Assembly (NCBI GenBank): GCA_041738235.1
Contig: JBGSQF010000013.1
Span: 129,583 to 193,582, forward strand
DNA length: 64,000 nt
Reading direction: 5' to 3'
DNA from: Minisyncoccia bacterium
GTDB taxonomy: Bacteria; Patescibacteriota; Minisyncoccia; Moranbacterales; GCA-2747515
This document shows, one piece after another, positions 1-10,037 of this stretch. The notes under the pieces were generated by a model that was not told the origin of the DNA, searched no databases, and saw nothing but the letters and a program-made list of their open reading frames with translations. How positions within the stretch are numbered: the first letter of the stretch is position 1; every line of letters starts with the position of its first letter. Made by a program: the position numbers and the translations under genes.

Positions 1-1632
1 AACGGCGTGATAAATGACAAGCCATCCTTCTTTTGTTTTGATGGGTGGAGCACCAACCGAGAGTTTTCCACGATCCCAGAAGCCCTCTCGGGGGGTAATG
101 TGGTATTGTCCCTTGAGGTAATTCTTTTCGTTAAAGTCATCGAGGGAGTCGACAAAGTCGATCAGAATATCGGGAAATATTCTATGAAAGATCACATACT
201 TTCCATTTACCTTCTCTGGGAAGAGGGCGGCACTTTTATCTACTACTCCGGGAGGGGAAATAAGTGTTGGTTTTGACCATTTTTCCCACTGTTTTTTGTG
301 AAATGCGGAAAGCGGTATCCAAGAAAGAGCAATGCGTGGAGGCTCCCAGCCGTTAAAGGCGACGTAAGTGAGATAAACTCGGTCTTTGATAAGGGAAACT
401 TTGGGGTCTTCACACCCGCCATAGCCACCAGCAGACATATAGGAGCGCACTACTTCTTTGGAGGAGGGAATTCCAAAACCACCCTCGAACGATTCACGCG
501 GAATATAAGCGGGTTCATTTTCTCGGTGATGTATACTATAACCATCTTTGCTACTTGCATATCCAAGAACAGAGAGTCCGTTATGACCTTGCGCTCGGTA
601 GAGAAGATGTACAATACCTTGTTCGATGAATGCAGCGGGATTGAATGCCGCAAACGATTCCCAAGCGTTTTCAGGGTTTGGTCCTAATATAGGATTTTCT
701 GGAAATCGTTCAAGTGTTGGAGATGGGGAAATAACTCGTTTTGACTTTGTGACGGTTTTTTTTCTGGGAGAGGTTTTCTTGGTTTTTTTCTTTACTTCTT
801 GCCTTGTTTCTTTTGGAGAAGGTGTTGGTGTTTTCTGATAGGGTTTTTCCCAATATTTCACGACGGGCACTGTTTCTAGGATGTTGTTTCTTTCAACGTA
901 GAGATAAAAATATTTCTTATGATCTGCACCACCTATGACTCGGAGAGATTGGTCTTTCCAGGCATAAGGTTCTTCCCAAAGAGGGACGTCTGTTCGCCAG
1001 AGCAAAGTATTTGGGTGGTTTGGATGAAACATTGCCGCGCCAAGTGTGATCCGGCCATATCCATTCCTCGCTGTGTAGAGAAGTAAGATCACTCCTTTGT
1101 GAATACGAACAGTGAGGGGGGCTATCGAGGAAGAGTCGAACATTCGTGTTCGAGCACCCAGTATTACTCCTAGCTCTTCCCATGTTGACGCATCTTGAGA
1201 TATTGAACAGGTTATGTATTTTCTTCCTGAGGCGCTAAAGAGAAAGTATGTTTTCTTCTTCTCGTTTCTTAGTAATGCCAGAACGGAAGAGTGCCTCGCA
1301 GGTAATTGTCCGAGATGTTTCCAATCAAGACCATTTCTCGATGAGGCAAATTGAAGAGCTGGTTCGAAAAGGAGTCGATCTTTGAGATAGGTGAGTAGGA
1401 ATAATCCATCACAAAGGGAAATAGAAAAATGATCGGACCCCGACCATTTTTTGATTGTCCGATTTTTGAAGGTCAGTTTGATATCCTTTCCAAGCACCCG
1501 AAAGTTGGTTCCATCAAGAGATTGGGCATGCTTAAGAAAAGGTGATGCTTTATCGGAGCGAAAGACGAGGTGTGTTTTTTCGTCCTTTTCAAACACAAAA
1601 GCGCCTTGTGGACGGGGATTTTGTTTTTGCAT
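1..1632 (-). CDS. Glycoside hydrolase family 130-like (DUF377 beta-propeller) protein with two modules, partial; the C-terminus continues past the window start.
   Basis: This is absent from the ORF track because no stop codon lies inside the window. My manual minus-strand translation from the ATG at 1632 is open down to position 1 (MQKQNPRPQGAFVFEKDEKTHLVF...). The C-terminal module has GH130 hallmarks: FNPAAFIEQGIVHLLYRAQG, GGCEDPKV, GKYVIFHR and GAPPIKTKEGWLVIYHAV. A K/T/P-rich low-complexity linker at about 700-810 separates the two modules. Confidence 0.75.
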   Translation of the reverse strand, partial: MQKQNPRPQGAFVFEKDEKTHLVFRSDKASPFLKHAQSLDGTNFRVLGKDIKLTFKNRTIKKWSGSDHFSISLCDGLFLLTYLKDRLLFEPALQFASSRNGLDWKHLGQLPARHSSVLALLRNEKKKTYFLFSASGRKYITCSISQDASTWEELGVILGARTRMFDSSSIAPLTVRIHKGVILLLYTARNGYGRITLGAAMFHPNHPNTLLWRTDVPLWEEPYAWKDQSLRVIGGADHKKYFYLYVERNNILETVPVVKYWEKPYQKTPTPSPKETRQEVKKKTKKTSPRKKTVTKSKRVISPSPTLERFPENPILGPNPENAWESFAAFNPAAFIEQGIVHLLYRAQGHNGLSVLGYASSKDGYSIHHRENEPAYIPRESFEGGFGIPSSKEVVRSYMSAGGYGGCEDPKVSLIKDRVYLTYVAFNGWEPPRIALSWIPLSAFHKKQWEKWSKPTLISPPGVVDKSAALFPEKVNGKYVIFHRIFPDILIDFVDSLDDFNEKNYLKGQYHITPREGFWDRGKLSVGAPPIKTKEGWLVIYHAV

Positions 1633-1805
1633 ACTTTGGATTTTTAAGTATTTTTATAATAGCATATGTTTGATATTTTTGGAAGTTTATTATCTGGACA
1701 ATTTGGTCTTTTCGGGATATGCTGGGAATATATTTATGATGTCAATGAAACTAACGCGAGCTATACAACCTCGGAGTAAGAGAAAATATCTATAAAAGAA
1801 CACAA

Positions 1806-2783
1806 ATGAAAGAACAGTATCAACAACTATTAAAGCGTCCCTTAGAGGCCATTTTACACTTTAGCGATGTGTTTTCAGGACCAGAAGTGGACTTTGATGC
1901 GGAACTGACGGCCACGTTTCGTAATTTGGGAGTACTGTCTGATAGGCCTTATTTTGTCGGAGGGAATGTACATCTTGCTGGTTACGGGGCTGTTTTGATC
2001 AATGATCTTTCTCTCGAGCGAAAACGGATCGCTGAAAAGTTGAATGTTCCGTTTGCCCATAAAGAGGATGCTTTGTGTGTGATACTGAATACACTACCTC
2101 GAGAAGGGTATCGTGTGGAAGATGCCCCAAATGGTCGAGATTTTCACTTAGCTATCACGGATCAAGGAGTAGAGATATTTGCTGTTCCTTTGGCAACGCT
2201 TTCGGCACTTGAGTCGCGTAATGCGATCGTCGCTTTGTATCGGATCCCTAATGCTCAGATCCCTTTGACCGATGGCATGCATGAGCAGTTCAGGTCTTCT
2301 ATAATCGCCCTTTCGAGGTATCAGCCTGAGATATTTGAAACCGTCTTCGAATATGAAACGGTAGAGGATATGATCCGTGCTAAATTGTATGGAATGCACC
2401 CTGACGTTATTCCTGTTCAGGAGAATGAGGTTGAATTTGCTTATAGTGATCGATTTGGAAATGTTCGGTTAAGTGTTCGTGATGGGGAAAGATTTCTTGC
2501 TCAGTTGGGTGACCTTCAGTATGGGGATGAGGTACACATCTTTGTTGGAAAGAATGAAGTGATGTCGGCGATATATACCGATGCTCTTGCTGATATTCCT
2601 GTTGGCAAGACGGGACTGTACCAAAATGTTGCCGATATTTCGCGCACGCATCGACGCGCAAAGTATTGGGAGTTGGTCAAGCGAAGCGATCATTGTCTTA
2701 CCGATAAAGAAATGGCTATCGATTTGCTGAAGAAAGGCAACGCTTCTTCTTGGGGCATGCCGATCCGTGTAGAGAAAAAGTAG
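1806..2783 (+). CDS. Hypothetical protein whose C-terminal region weakly resembles the DUF62 / SAM hydroxide adenosyltransferase beta-barrel (DRFGN motif).
   Basis: A 325-aa ORF with good coding appearance. The motif YSDRFGNVRLSV and a following Gly-rich strand pattern resemble the DUF62 C-terminal domain. The N-terminal half is not recognisable. Confidence 0.5.
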   Translation: MKEQYQQLLKRPLEAILHFSDVFSGPEVDFDAELTATFRNLGVLSDRPYFVGGNVHLAGYGAVLINDLSLERKRIAEKLNVPFAHKEDALCVILNTLPREGYRVEDAPNGRDFHLAITDQGVEIFAVPLATLSALESRNAIVALYRIPNAQIPLTDGMHEQFRSSIIALSRYQPEIFETVFEYETVEDMIRAKLYGMHPDVIPVQENEVEFAYSDRFGNVRLSVRDGERFLAQLGDLQYGDEVHIFVGKNEVMSAIYTDALADIPVGKTGLYQNVADISRTHRRAKYWELVKRSDHCLTDKEMAIDLLKKGNASSWGMPIRVEKK

Positions 2784-2899
2784 GACTTGAAATATCGAAT
2801 ATATGGTATAAGAAACGCAAAGGGGTCTATTTCGGATAGAAAAGCGAATGATGGTCATGTGGTAGATCCTATTTCTTTATTTATAATTTATATCGATCT

Positions 2900-4147
2900 A
2901 TGCAATATTCTCATATTAAAAAAACAGATCCGGCTTTGTACAAGATGATCGTTTCGGAACAAAAGCGTCAGGAAGAAGGAATGGAAATGATCGCCTCTGA
3001 GAACTATGTTTCTGAAGCGGTGCTTGAGGCATTAGGGTCCGTAATGACCAATAAGTATTCTGAGGGATATCCGGGAAAGCGCTATTATGGTGGGCAAAAA
3101 TATATCGACCAGTCAGAGTCACTGGCCATCGAACGCGCGAAGAAACTCTTTAGGGCGCAGCATGTGAATGTACAGCCGCTTTCTGGTGCGCCGGCAAACT
3201 TGGCCGTTTATAATGCCGTACTTAAACCTGGGGATACGGTTTTGGGAATGGATCTCTCACATGGAGGACACCTCACGCATGGTCATCCAGTAACACTTCC
3301 AGCCAAGATCTATAACTTTGTGCGTTACAAGACGGAAAGTGATGGAAAGATCGACTATGAAAAGCTGCGGGCCCTTGCCATCAAAGAAAAGCCGAGACTC
3401 ATCCTCGCGGGATTTTCGGCGTATACGCGCAAGTTGAATTATAAAAAATTTCGTGACATTGCTCGTGAGGTGGGAGCCATCACGATGTTTGATATGGCGC
3501 ATGTGGCGGGACTTATTGCCGGGAAAGCGTATCCCAACCCTGTTCCGTACTTTGATATTGTGACGACCACGACACATAAAACCTTGCGAGGTCCTCGTGG
3601 GGGAATGATTCTGTGCAAAAAAGAGTTTGCCAAAGCGATCGACAAATCGGTATTTCCTGGACTTCAGGGAGGCCCGCACGAGAACAACATTGTGGCTAAG
3701 GCAGTGGCATTTGGTGAGGCGCTCAAGCCCTCTTTTCACACGTATGCCAAACAGATTATCAAGAATGCCAAAGTATTGGAGAAGGAACTTCGAAAGTATG
3801 GTTTTCATATGGAATTTGGAGGTACCGATTCCCACATGGTTTTGGTGAACATGGTCAAAAGCAAAGGGGTGACGGGGAAACAAGCGGAAGAGGCGTTGGA
3901 TAAGATCGGGATCACCATCAATAAAAATATGATCCCCGACGATCCAAGAGGGCCCTTTGATCCGAGTGGGGTTCGTATCGGTGTTCCAGCCATCACCACA
4001 CGCGGAATGAAAGAGAGAGAGGTCATCAAGATCGCAAGGTGGATAAATGATGCGATAGAGCATTATGATAAACCCAAGGAACTTGGTCGGATACATAAAG
4101 AGGTCAAGATCCTGTGTAAAAGATTTCCAGTATACACTACAGGTTAA
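2900..4147 (+). CDS. glyA: Serine hydroxymethyltransferase.
   Basis: A 415-aa protein with full-length SHMT similarity. It has the PLP-lysine region TTTTHKTLRGPRGG and the N-terminal MIASENYVS motif. Confidence 0.95.
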   Translation: MQYSHIKKTDPALYKMIVSEQKRQEEGMEMIASENYVSEAVLEALGSVMTNKYSEGYPGKRYYGGQKYIDQSESLAIERAKKLFRAQHVNVQPLSGAPANLAVYNAVLKPGDTVLGMDLSHGGHLTHGHPVTLPAKIYNFVRYKTESDGKIDYEKLRALAIKEKPRLILAGFSAYTRKLNYKKFRDIAREVGAITMFDMAHVAGLIAGKAYPNPVPYFDIVTTTTHKTLRGPRGGMILCKKEFAKAIDKSVFPGLQGGPHENNIVAKAVAFGEALKPSFHTYAKQIIKNAKVLEKELRKYGFHMEFGGTDSHMVLVNMVKSKGVTGKQAEEALDKIGITINKNMIPDDPRGPFDPSGVRIGVPAITTRGMKEREVIKIARWINDAIEHYDKPKELGRIHKEVKILCKRFPVYTTG

Positions 4148-4310
4148 GTAAATATAGCCCTGGTGCCAAGTTTTGGTAGAGATGGGGACTTCAGCAGATA
4201 TCAACCTTGGAATTACTTGCGGTTTTGTTGAAAAATAAGTAGATATCTTCGCACGAACTGGTGCAGAGCATATACTTTCTGGCAAGATTAAAAATTTTGA
4301 AAAAAAATGT

Positions 4311-5099
4311 ATGAAAGGGATCATTCTTGCTGGGGGAACAGGCACGCGACTTCTCCCTCTTACTGCAACAACGAGTAAACAATTACTTCCTATCTATGAT
4401 CGTCAGATGATCTTTTATCCCATAAACACATTAGTGAGCGCTGGGATCAAAGATATTCTTATTATCGTTTCTCCTGATCATAGTGGGCAATTTCTTAATC
4501 TTTTGGGATCGATGTTTTTGAAGTATGGGGTGCATATCTCTTTTATGGTACAGAAGGTTCCTTGTGGACTAGCTGACGCCTTTATTCTGGGAGAGGATTT
4601 CTTGGACGAAGACTCCGTAACAATGGTTCTGGGAGACAATATATTTGAGGACAACTTTACCGAGGCGATCCGATCATTTGAAAAGGGGGGACGGATATTT
4701 GCTCTTAAGGTACCCGATCCGGAACGATTTGGTGTGGTTGAGTTCGACGAGGCGGGAAAAGTTTTGTCTATCGAGGAAAAACCTGAAAATCCGAGGAGCT
4801 CGTACGCTATTCCTGGGATTTATATTTTTGATAATTCCGTTTCCAATATTGCCAAGCGGGTAGTACCGTCTGAGCGAGGGGAAATCGAGATCACTGAGGT
4901 TCACAAGGCATATCTTCAACAAGGTTTGCTTGATGTGCGAAAGATCACCGGACGTTGGTTTGATGCCGGAAAATTTGAAACGCTTCTTGAGGCAAGTCAA
5001 TTTGCACGTGAGAAAAAGGTCGGTGAAAAATTTGATCCAACTGTTAATAAAGCTATTGAAGAATTTAGTATAGAGATGAAGCGATTGGCAAAGCTTTAG
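4311..5099 (+). CDS. rmlA: Glucose-1-phosphate thymidylyltransferase (short RmlA type).
   Basis: It begins MKGIILAGGTGTRLLPLT. It contains LGDNIF and PERFGVVEFD, and aligns along its length with RmlA. Confidence 0.85.
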   Translation: MKGIILAGGTGTRLLPLTATTSKQLLPIYDRQMIFYPINTLVSAGIKDILIIVSPDHSGQFLNLLGSMFLKYGVHISFMVQKVPCGLADAFILGEDFLDEDSVTMVLGDNIFEDNFTEAIRSFEKGGRIFALKVPDPERFGVVEFDEAGKVLSIEEKPENPRSSYAIPGIYIFDNSVSNIAKRVVPSERGEIEITEVHKAYLQQGLLDVRKITGRWFDAGKFETLLEASQFAREKKVGEKFDPTVNKAIEEFSIEMKRLAKL

Positions 5100-5154
5100 G
5101 TATGTCGTTAAATAAATTTTTGATAGGAATACATTATTTCTAACGTATAGACAT

Positions 5155-6021
5155 ATGAAAAAGATCAAAAAAGCGATTGTAGCGGTGGCGGGATCGGGTA
5201 CGCGATTGTTACCAGCGACCAAGTCAATGCCAAAAGAAATGCTTCCCATCATTGATAAACCGGCTATTCAAATCATTGTGGAAGAATTGGTGGAGGCAGG
5301 GATCGAAGATATTATCCTGGTAACGAAGTGGGACAAAAAGCCGTTGGAAGATCACTTTGATCACTCTTGGGCATTGGAAAATGAGCTCGAGAAGTCGGGG
5401 AAGATGGAGAAATTGGAACAAGTACGACGCATTGCTGATCTAGCCAATTTTGTCTATGTTCGACAGAAGGGGCCTTATGGAAACGGCACGCCATTGCTCA
5501 GCGCCGCTTCTTTGGTTGATGATGAACCATTCGTATATGCGTTTGGAGATGACTTGGTAAAGTCCAAAGTGTCATTCACGAAGCAAATGGTGGATGAGTA
5601 CGCACAACACGGTCGCCCGATGGTTGGTGTGCAGAAAGTTCCGGAATCGGATGTAAACCGATATGGGATAGTAAAACTTAAAGAAGGGACGCAGGAAATG
5701 GAAAGTATTGTAGAAAAACCAAGTATTGAAGATGCTCCTTCTCAATTGGCACAGTTTGGGCGTTTTATTCTTGACCAGGATATCATAGATGCGCTCCGAG
5801 AAACAAGCATAGGAAAAGGAAATGAGCTTTGGCTTACCGATGCTATTGAATTGTATCTTAAAAAAGGTGGAATAGTTCGAGTTCGGGAGATCCAAGATGG
5901 GAAGTGGCTTACAACGGGGGATCCACTGAATTATCTGATGGCAACACTGGAATATGCGTTTGATCGACCGGATATTAAAGATCCTTTGCGTGACTATGTT
6001 ATGAAGCATCTCGAAAGGTAG
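5155..6021 (+). CDS. galU: UTP--glucose-1-phosphate uridylyltransferase.
   Basis: It contains AVAGSGTRLLPATKSMPKEMLPIIDKP and the VEKP motif. The length of 288 aa is typical of GalU. Confidence 0.9.
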   Translation: MKKIKKAIVAVAGSGTRLLPATKSMPKEMLPIIDKPAIQIIVEELVEAGIEDIILVTKWDKKPLEDHFDHSWALENELEKSGKMEKLEQVRRIADLANFVYVRQKGPYGNGTPLLSAASLVDDEPFVYAFGDDLVKSKVSFTKQMVDEYAQHGRPMVGVQKVPESDVNRYGIVKLKEGTQEMESIVEKPSIEDAPSQLAQFGRFILDQDIIDALRETSIGKGNELWLTDAIELYLKKGGIVRVREIQDGKWLTTGDPLNYLMATLEYAFDRPDIKDPLRDYVMKHLER

Positions 6022-6109
6022 GTGTCCAAATATTGAGATCAAAAAAAACAAAAGCCAGTTTGTTCCATAGTCTGTTCTGAGACTGCTAATCTCCTTACCT
6101 CGATCGTGT

Positions 6110-6799
6110 ATGTACTGGCTTTACGTTATTCTTTTTGTGTGTACGCTTATTGTTCCTGGTTTTGTCGAGCAGGGATGGCTTCCTTTGGTCTTAAGTCGGG
6201 AAATTACGGAGATCGTGTTCATCTTTATCTTTGCAACACTTGCATTCATCTTGTATATCATTCGGGACTATCAATTCTTGCGTTATGAGAAGGAGTTGAT
6301 CAAAAAACAAAAAGAGGTGAATCGTCTCACAAAAGAGCTTACCTCCTCCTATTCTTATATTGGGGAGGTGAACCGAAAATTTGAGATCCTTCAGGACGTC
6401 ACATTGGAGATGCCGGAATTGATCAGCGGGGAAGGAAAAGAAAAAGTAGGTCCCTATCATGATATTCTTCGTGCAATACGAATATTCTCTGGGTGTCAGG
6501 ACTTTGTCGTGGTTCTTTTTTCCGTGAAAGAGAAGAAGGAATGCGCCCAATTTTTCCTCCCCGATTCCAAACTCACCTCTCTCCCGAGGAGGATGGGTCT
6601 TTTGGAGATGATTCATGAAAATATCCGTTTCGTAAAAAATAAGGGGGAGTATTGTGTCATGGAGGCGAGCGGAACAATAGCCGACCTTCATTGTTTAGGG
6701 ATATTCCATCGTTCCTCGCTTCGGGATGATATTGTCGATCTTATTCGACCGCTTTTGATGCAAATATTGCTTTTGTATGCCTATGCCAAGAACAAATGA
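6110..6799 (+). CDS. Hypothetical membrane protein with a coiled-coil segment.
   Basis: A 229-aa ORF with N-terminal transmembrane helices and a K/E-rich coiled-coil region. I see no recognisable domain. Confidence 0.5.
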   Translation: MYWLYVILFVCTLIVPGFVEQGWLPLVLSREITEIVFIFIFATLAFILYIIRDYQFLRYEKELIKKQKEVNRLTKELTSSYSYIGEVNRKFEILQDVTLEMPELISGEGKEKVGPYHDILRAIRIFSGCQDFVVVLFSVKEKKECAQFFLPDSKLTSLPRRMGLLEMIHENIRFVKNKGEYCVMEASGTIADLHCLGIFHRSSLRDDIVDLIRPLLMQILLLYAYAKNK

Positions 6800-6800
6800 T

Positions 6801-7451
6801 CTAAACGGTTGTTTGTTTTGCTTTGCTGCTACATTTCTCTATAAGGGGAACGAATAGAAATCCTGGAAATTCGAGAGTAGCGATCTTTGTCGGAGAGATT
6901 TTCTGTATTTTGAAAATAGACTGTCCTATGGGAATGACCATGATTCCTGACACGCGCAGTTGTTTAATGAGTTCCGGTGGCATCGTTTGAGATCCAGCAG
7001 ATACAAGTATTCTATCAAAGGGGGCTTCTCTGGGCATGCCGAGGTGATCATTTGCATATTCTATTCTTGTTTGTGGGATGTTATATTTGCTTAAATTTTT
7101 TCTTCCCTGAGTCACCAGCTGTGGTACCCTTTCTATTCCAAGTACACGTCCTTTTTGTCCTACTATATTTCCGAGAAGGGCCGTGGTCCATCCCGAACCA
7201 GAGCCAATATCCAGGACGCTATCTGCATTTTTTGGATCGAGAAGTTCCATCATAAAAGCAACTGTTGAGGGTTGTGATATTGTTTGGCCGTATCCGATGG
7301 GAATGGGATGGTCCTCATAGGCTTCATCTTGATATCTCTTGGGAACGAAATCCTTCCTGTCGATCTTCAAGAATGACTCTATGAGACTTTTTTTACTCAA
7401 GAATCCCTTGGAAATGACATCTGATACGAGTTGTTTTAGGTTTTTTGGCAT
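6801..7451 (-). CDS. pcm: Protein-L-isoaspartate O-methyltransferase.
   Basis: It contains GYGQTISQPSTVAFMMELL and the SAM-binding motif LDIGSGSGW. I trimmed the start to the MPKNLKQ methionine at 7451; the ORF-track ORF extends to 7526. Confidence 0.85.
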   Translation of the reverse strand: MPKNLKQLVSDVISKGFLSKKSLIESFLKIDRKDFVPKRYQDEAYEDHPIPIGYGQTISQPSTVAFMMELLDPKNADSVLDIGSGSGWTTALLGNIVGQKGRVLGIERVPQLVTQGRKNLSKYNIPQTRIEYANDHLGMPREAPFDRILVSAGSQTMPPELIKQLRVSGIMVIPIGQSIFKIQKISPTKIATLEFPGFLFVPLIEKCSSKAKQTTV

Positions 7452-7535
7452 AAGTTGAAGAGTTTCTACAATGTGATACAATAAATTTGTACATAAAGTT
7501 CCAAAAGAGCATAAGAAAATGATCAAAGAATGATT

Positions 7536-7979
7536 ATGCAGGTTTTATTGATACAAAATGTTGCAAAATTGGGTCTTCGTGGGGAGGTCAAGAACGTGGC
7601 TGATGGATATGCCCGAAATTTTCTTTTTCCCAAAAAACTGGCCAAGCCGGCAACCGACTCTCTTGTTGATCAGGTGAAAAAACAAAAGATACAAAAAAAC
7701 CTTCAAAAAGAGCAAAATCGGTCCTTGCTCGAGTCCTCAATTGCAAAATTTCGGGAAACGATAGTCTTCTCACGTCCGGCAATGGGGAATACACTGTTTG
7801 GGTCTGTGAGTGCCAAGGACATCGTGCACGAGCTAAAGGCGAAGGGGATAGAGATCACAGAGAAAAATCTCGATCTTCCGCATCCATTGAAACGTACTGG
7901 TACGGTTGTCATACCAATCGTTATGGATGGAAAAAAGAAAGGGGAGATAACAGTAGATGTTCAAGTGGCCAAGCATTGA
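7536..7979 (+). CDS. rplI: Ribosomal protein L9.
   Basis: It begins MQVLLIQNVAKLGLRGEVKNVADGYARNFLFPKKLA, the classic L9 N-terminus. The ORF-track start at 7530 adds two residues. Confidence 0.9.
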   Translation: MQVLLIQNVAKLGLRGEVKNVADGYARNFLFPKKLAKPATDSLVDQVKKQKIQKNLQKEQNRSLLESSIAKFRETIVFSRPAMGNTLFGSVSAKDIVHELKAKGIEITEKNLDLPHPLKRTGTVVIPIVMDGKKKGEITVDVQVAKH

Positions 7980-8035
7980 GATGCGTTCGTGGAATAGGGA
8001 GTGTCAAGTTCGTCTTTACTCGTAATCATGTTGTT

Positions 8036-9670
8036 ATGTCCAATCCGAAATATATCTTTGTGGTCGGTGGGGTCATGAGCGGGGTGGGAAAGGGGATCAC
8101 TACTTCTTCCATAGGAAAAATACTGCAAGCGCGGGGATCTTCGATTACGGCACTCAAGATCGATCCCTATATCAATGTTGATGCTGGTACGATGAATCCG
8201 ACGGAACACGGAGAGGTTTTTGTCTTAAAAGATGGGTATGAGACAGACCAGGATATGGGGAACTATGAACGGTTCCTTGGTATTGACCTTCCAAGTGAGA
8301 ATTATATGACGACCGGACGGGTCTATCTCAGTGTGATCGAGCGAGAACGAAATTTGGAGTATCACGGGAAGTGTGTGGAAGTGGTGCCTCATATTCCCAT
8401 GGAAGTCATTGATCGCATTAAGAGCGCTCAAAAGAAGTCGCATGCTGATATAACACTTATAGAGATCGGGGGAACGATCGGTGAATATCAGAACGTGTTG
8501 TTTCTTGAGGCGGCGCGCATGATGAAGATCAAAGATCCTGAAGACGTGGTATGCGTATTGGTGAGTTATCTTCCTATTCCTAACAAAGTAGGGGAGATGA
8601 AAACCAAGCCTACCCAGTATGCTGCGCGTACACTCCAGAGCGCAGGCATTCAACCGGACTTTATCGTTGGTCGTAGCGAAAAACCAATCGATAAAAAACG
8701 TAAAGAAAAGATCGCTATGTTTTGTAATGTTCGTGAAGAAGATGTTATTAGTGCGCCTGATATCGAAAGTATTTACGAAGTACCGTTAAATTTCGAGAAG
8801 GACAACTTGAGTACTTTGATCCTTAAGAAATTGCACCTTAAGCCCAAGGGATCGGATATGAAGGAGTGGCGTGGATTTGTGGAGCGTCTTAAGGGTGCAA
8901 AAAAGAAGGTCCGTATTGGTATTGCAGGAAAATATTTTGCTACGGGGGATTTTGTTCTATCTGACTCATATATCAGTGTGATCGAAGCGATAAAGCATGC
9001 TGGAGCGCTTTATGGACTTAAACCAGAGATCGTGTGGCTTGATACGGAAAAGTATGAGAAGGATCCCAAAACGATCATAGAGATCGCGGAACTTCAAGGA
9101 CTGATCGTTCCCGGTGGATTTGGGACGAGAGGCATCGAAGGGAAGATCCTGGCGATCCAGTATGCTCGAGAAAATAAGATCCCCTTCTTGGGAATCTGTT
9201 ATGGAATGCAGATGGCCGTTGTTGAATACGCACGACACATCTTGGGCTATAAAGATGCGCACACAACGGAGATCGATCCAAAGACTACGCATCCGGTCAT
9301 CGACATCTTGCCGGAGCAGAAGAAAAATCTTGAGGAGAAAAATTTTGGTGGCACGATGCGATTGGGGTCGTACATGGCGGAGTTGGTTGCGGGTACCATA
9401 GCGCGGTCACTGTACAAGAAGAGTAAAACTTCCGAAAGGCATCGGCATCGCTATGAAATGAATCCTGAATATATTGAGGCTATTGAGCAAGCAGGAATGG
9501 TATTTTCTGGAAAATCTCCTGATCGACGACTTATGGAGATCGTAGAGCTTCCAGAGAAAGTACACCCTTTTTTCGTTGGTTCCCAGTTTCATCCGGAGCT
9601 TCAATCTCGTCCGGTTGTGGGTCATCCGCTCTTTAACGGGCTTTTGAAGGCTTCAGGAGAGTTAAAATAG
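8036..9670 (+). CDS. pyrG: CTP synthase.
   Basis: It begins MSNPKYIFVVGGVMSGVGKGI and has the C-terminal GATase motifs GICYGMQ and HPE. The start at ATG 8036 is inside the longer ORF that begins at 7976. Confidence 0.95.
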   Translation: MSNPKYIFVVGGVMSGVGKGITTSSIGKILQARGSSITALKIDPYINVDAGTMNPTEHGEVFVLKDGYETDQDMGNYERFLGIDLPSENYMTTGRVYLSVIERERNLEYHGKCVEVVPHIPMEVIDRIKSAQKKSHADITLIEIGGTIGEYQNVLFLEAARMMKIKDPEDVVCVLVSYLPIPNKVGEMKTKPTQYAARTLQSAGIQPDFIVGRSEKPIDKKRKEKIAMFCNVREEDVISAPDIESIYEVPLNFEKDNLSTLILKKLHLKPKGSDMKEWRGFVERLKGAKKKVRIGIAGKYFATGDFVLSDSYISVIEAIKHAGALYGLKPEIVWLDTEKYEKDPKTIIEIAELQGLIVPGGFGTRGIEGKILAIQYARENKIPFLGICYGMQMAVVEYARHILGYKDAHTTEIDPKTTHPVIDILPEQKKNLEEKNFGGTMRLGSYMAELVAGTIARSLYKKSKTSERHRHRYEMNPEYIEAIEQAGMVFSGKSPDRRLMEIVELPEKVHPFFVGSQFHPELQSRPVVGHPLFNGLLKASGELK

Positions 9671-9671
9671 T

Positions 9672-10025
9672 ATGTTTATAGCAGGAGTGGTTATTACCGG
9701 AAAACAACGCGGGAGGGAATTGGGATTTCCAACGGCAAACATACCTTTTGATAAACAAATATCTCCTGGTGTTTATAGCGGGTGGATCTTCTATCAAAAA
9801 AGGAGATTCAGAGCTGCAATCTACGTTCACTTTGACCAGAGACTTCTTGAGGCACACATTCTAGATTTTGAAAGCGACCTTTATGGGAAGCACATAAGGG
9901 TCGAGTTGGGAGAGAAAATTCGTGATCCAATACAATTTGATTCAGTAGATGCGTTGAAAGAACAGATTGCTCGGGATGTTGAAAAAATACGGGAAGTGGT
10001 GTACGGTGGAGGGAACCTGTCTTAA
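9672..10025 (+). CDS. Riboflavin kinase (monofunctional; homolog of the RibF C-terminal domain).
   Basis: It contains GKQRGRELGFPTANI, the riboflavin kinase flavokinase motif. At 117 aa it has no FAD-synthetase domain. Confidence 0.8.
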   Translation: MFIAGVVITGKQRGRELGFPTANIPFDKQISPGVYSGWIFYQKRRFRAAIYVHFDQRLLEAHILDFESDLYGKHIRVELGEKIRDPIQFDSVDALKEQIARDVEKIREVVYGGGNLS

Positions 10026-10037
10026 TGGAATATCTCT

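Noticed and set aside
3257-4345. A 362-aa ORF antisense to glyA.
   Set aside because: It lies entirely opposite a confidently identified SHMT gene and its composition is not protein-like. It is a shadow ORF.
4674-5252. A 192-aa ORF antisense to rmlA.
   Set aside because: It overlaps strong rmlA coding sequence and has a low-complexity translation.
7976-8035. N-terminal extensions of the track ORFs for pyrG (from 7976), pcm (to 7526), msrBA (to 26822), the hemerythrin (to 30803), ligT (to 36704), the GATase (from 18982) and pyrH (from 27587).
   Set aside because: Internal Met codons give N-termini that match the family consensus. The extensions overlap upstream genes or read through non-protein-like sequence.
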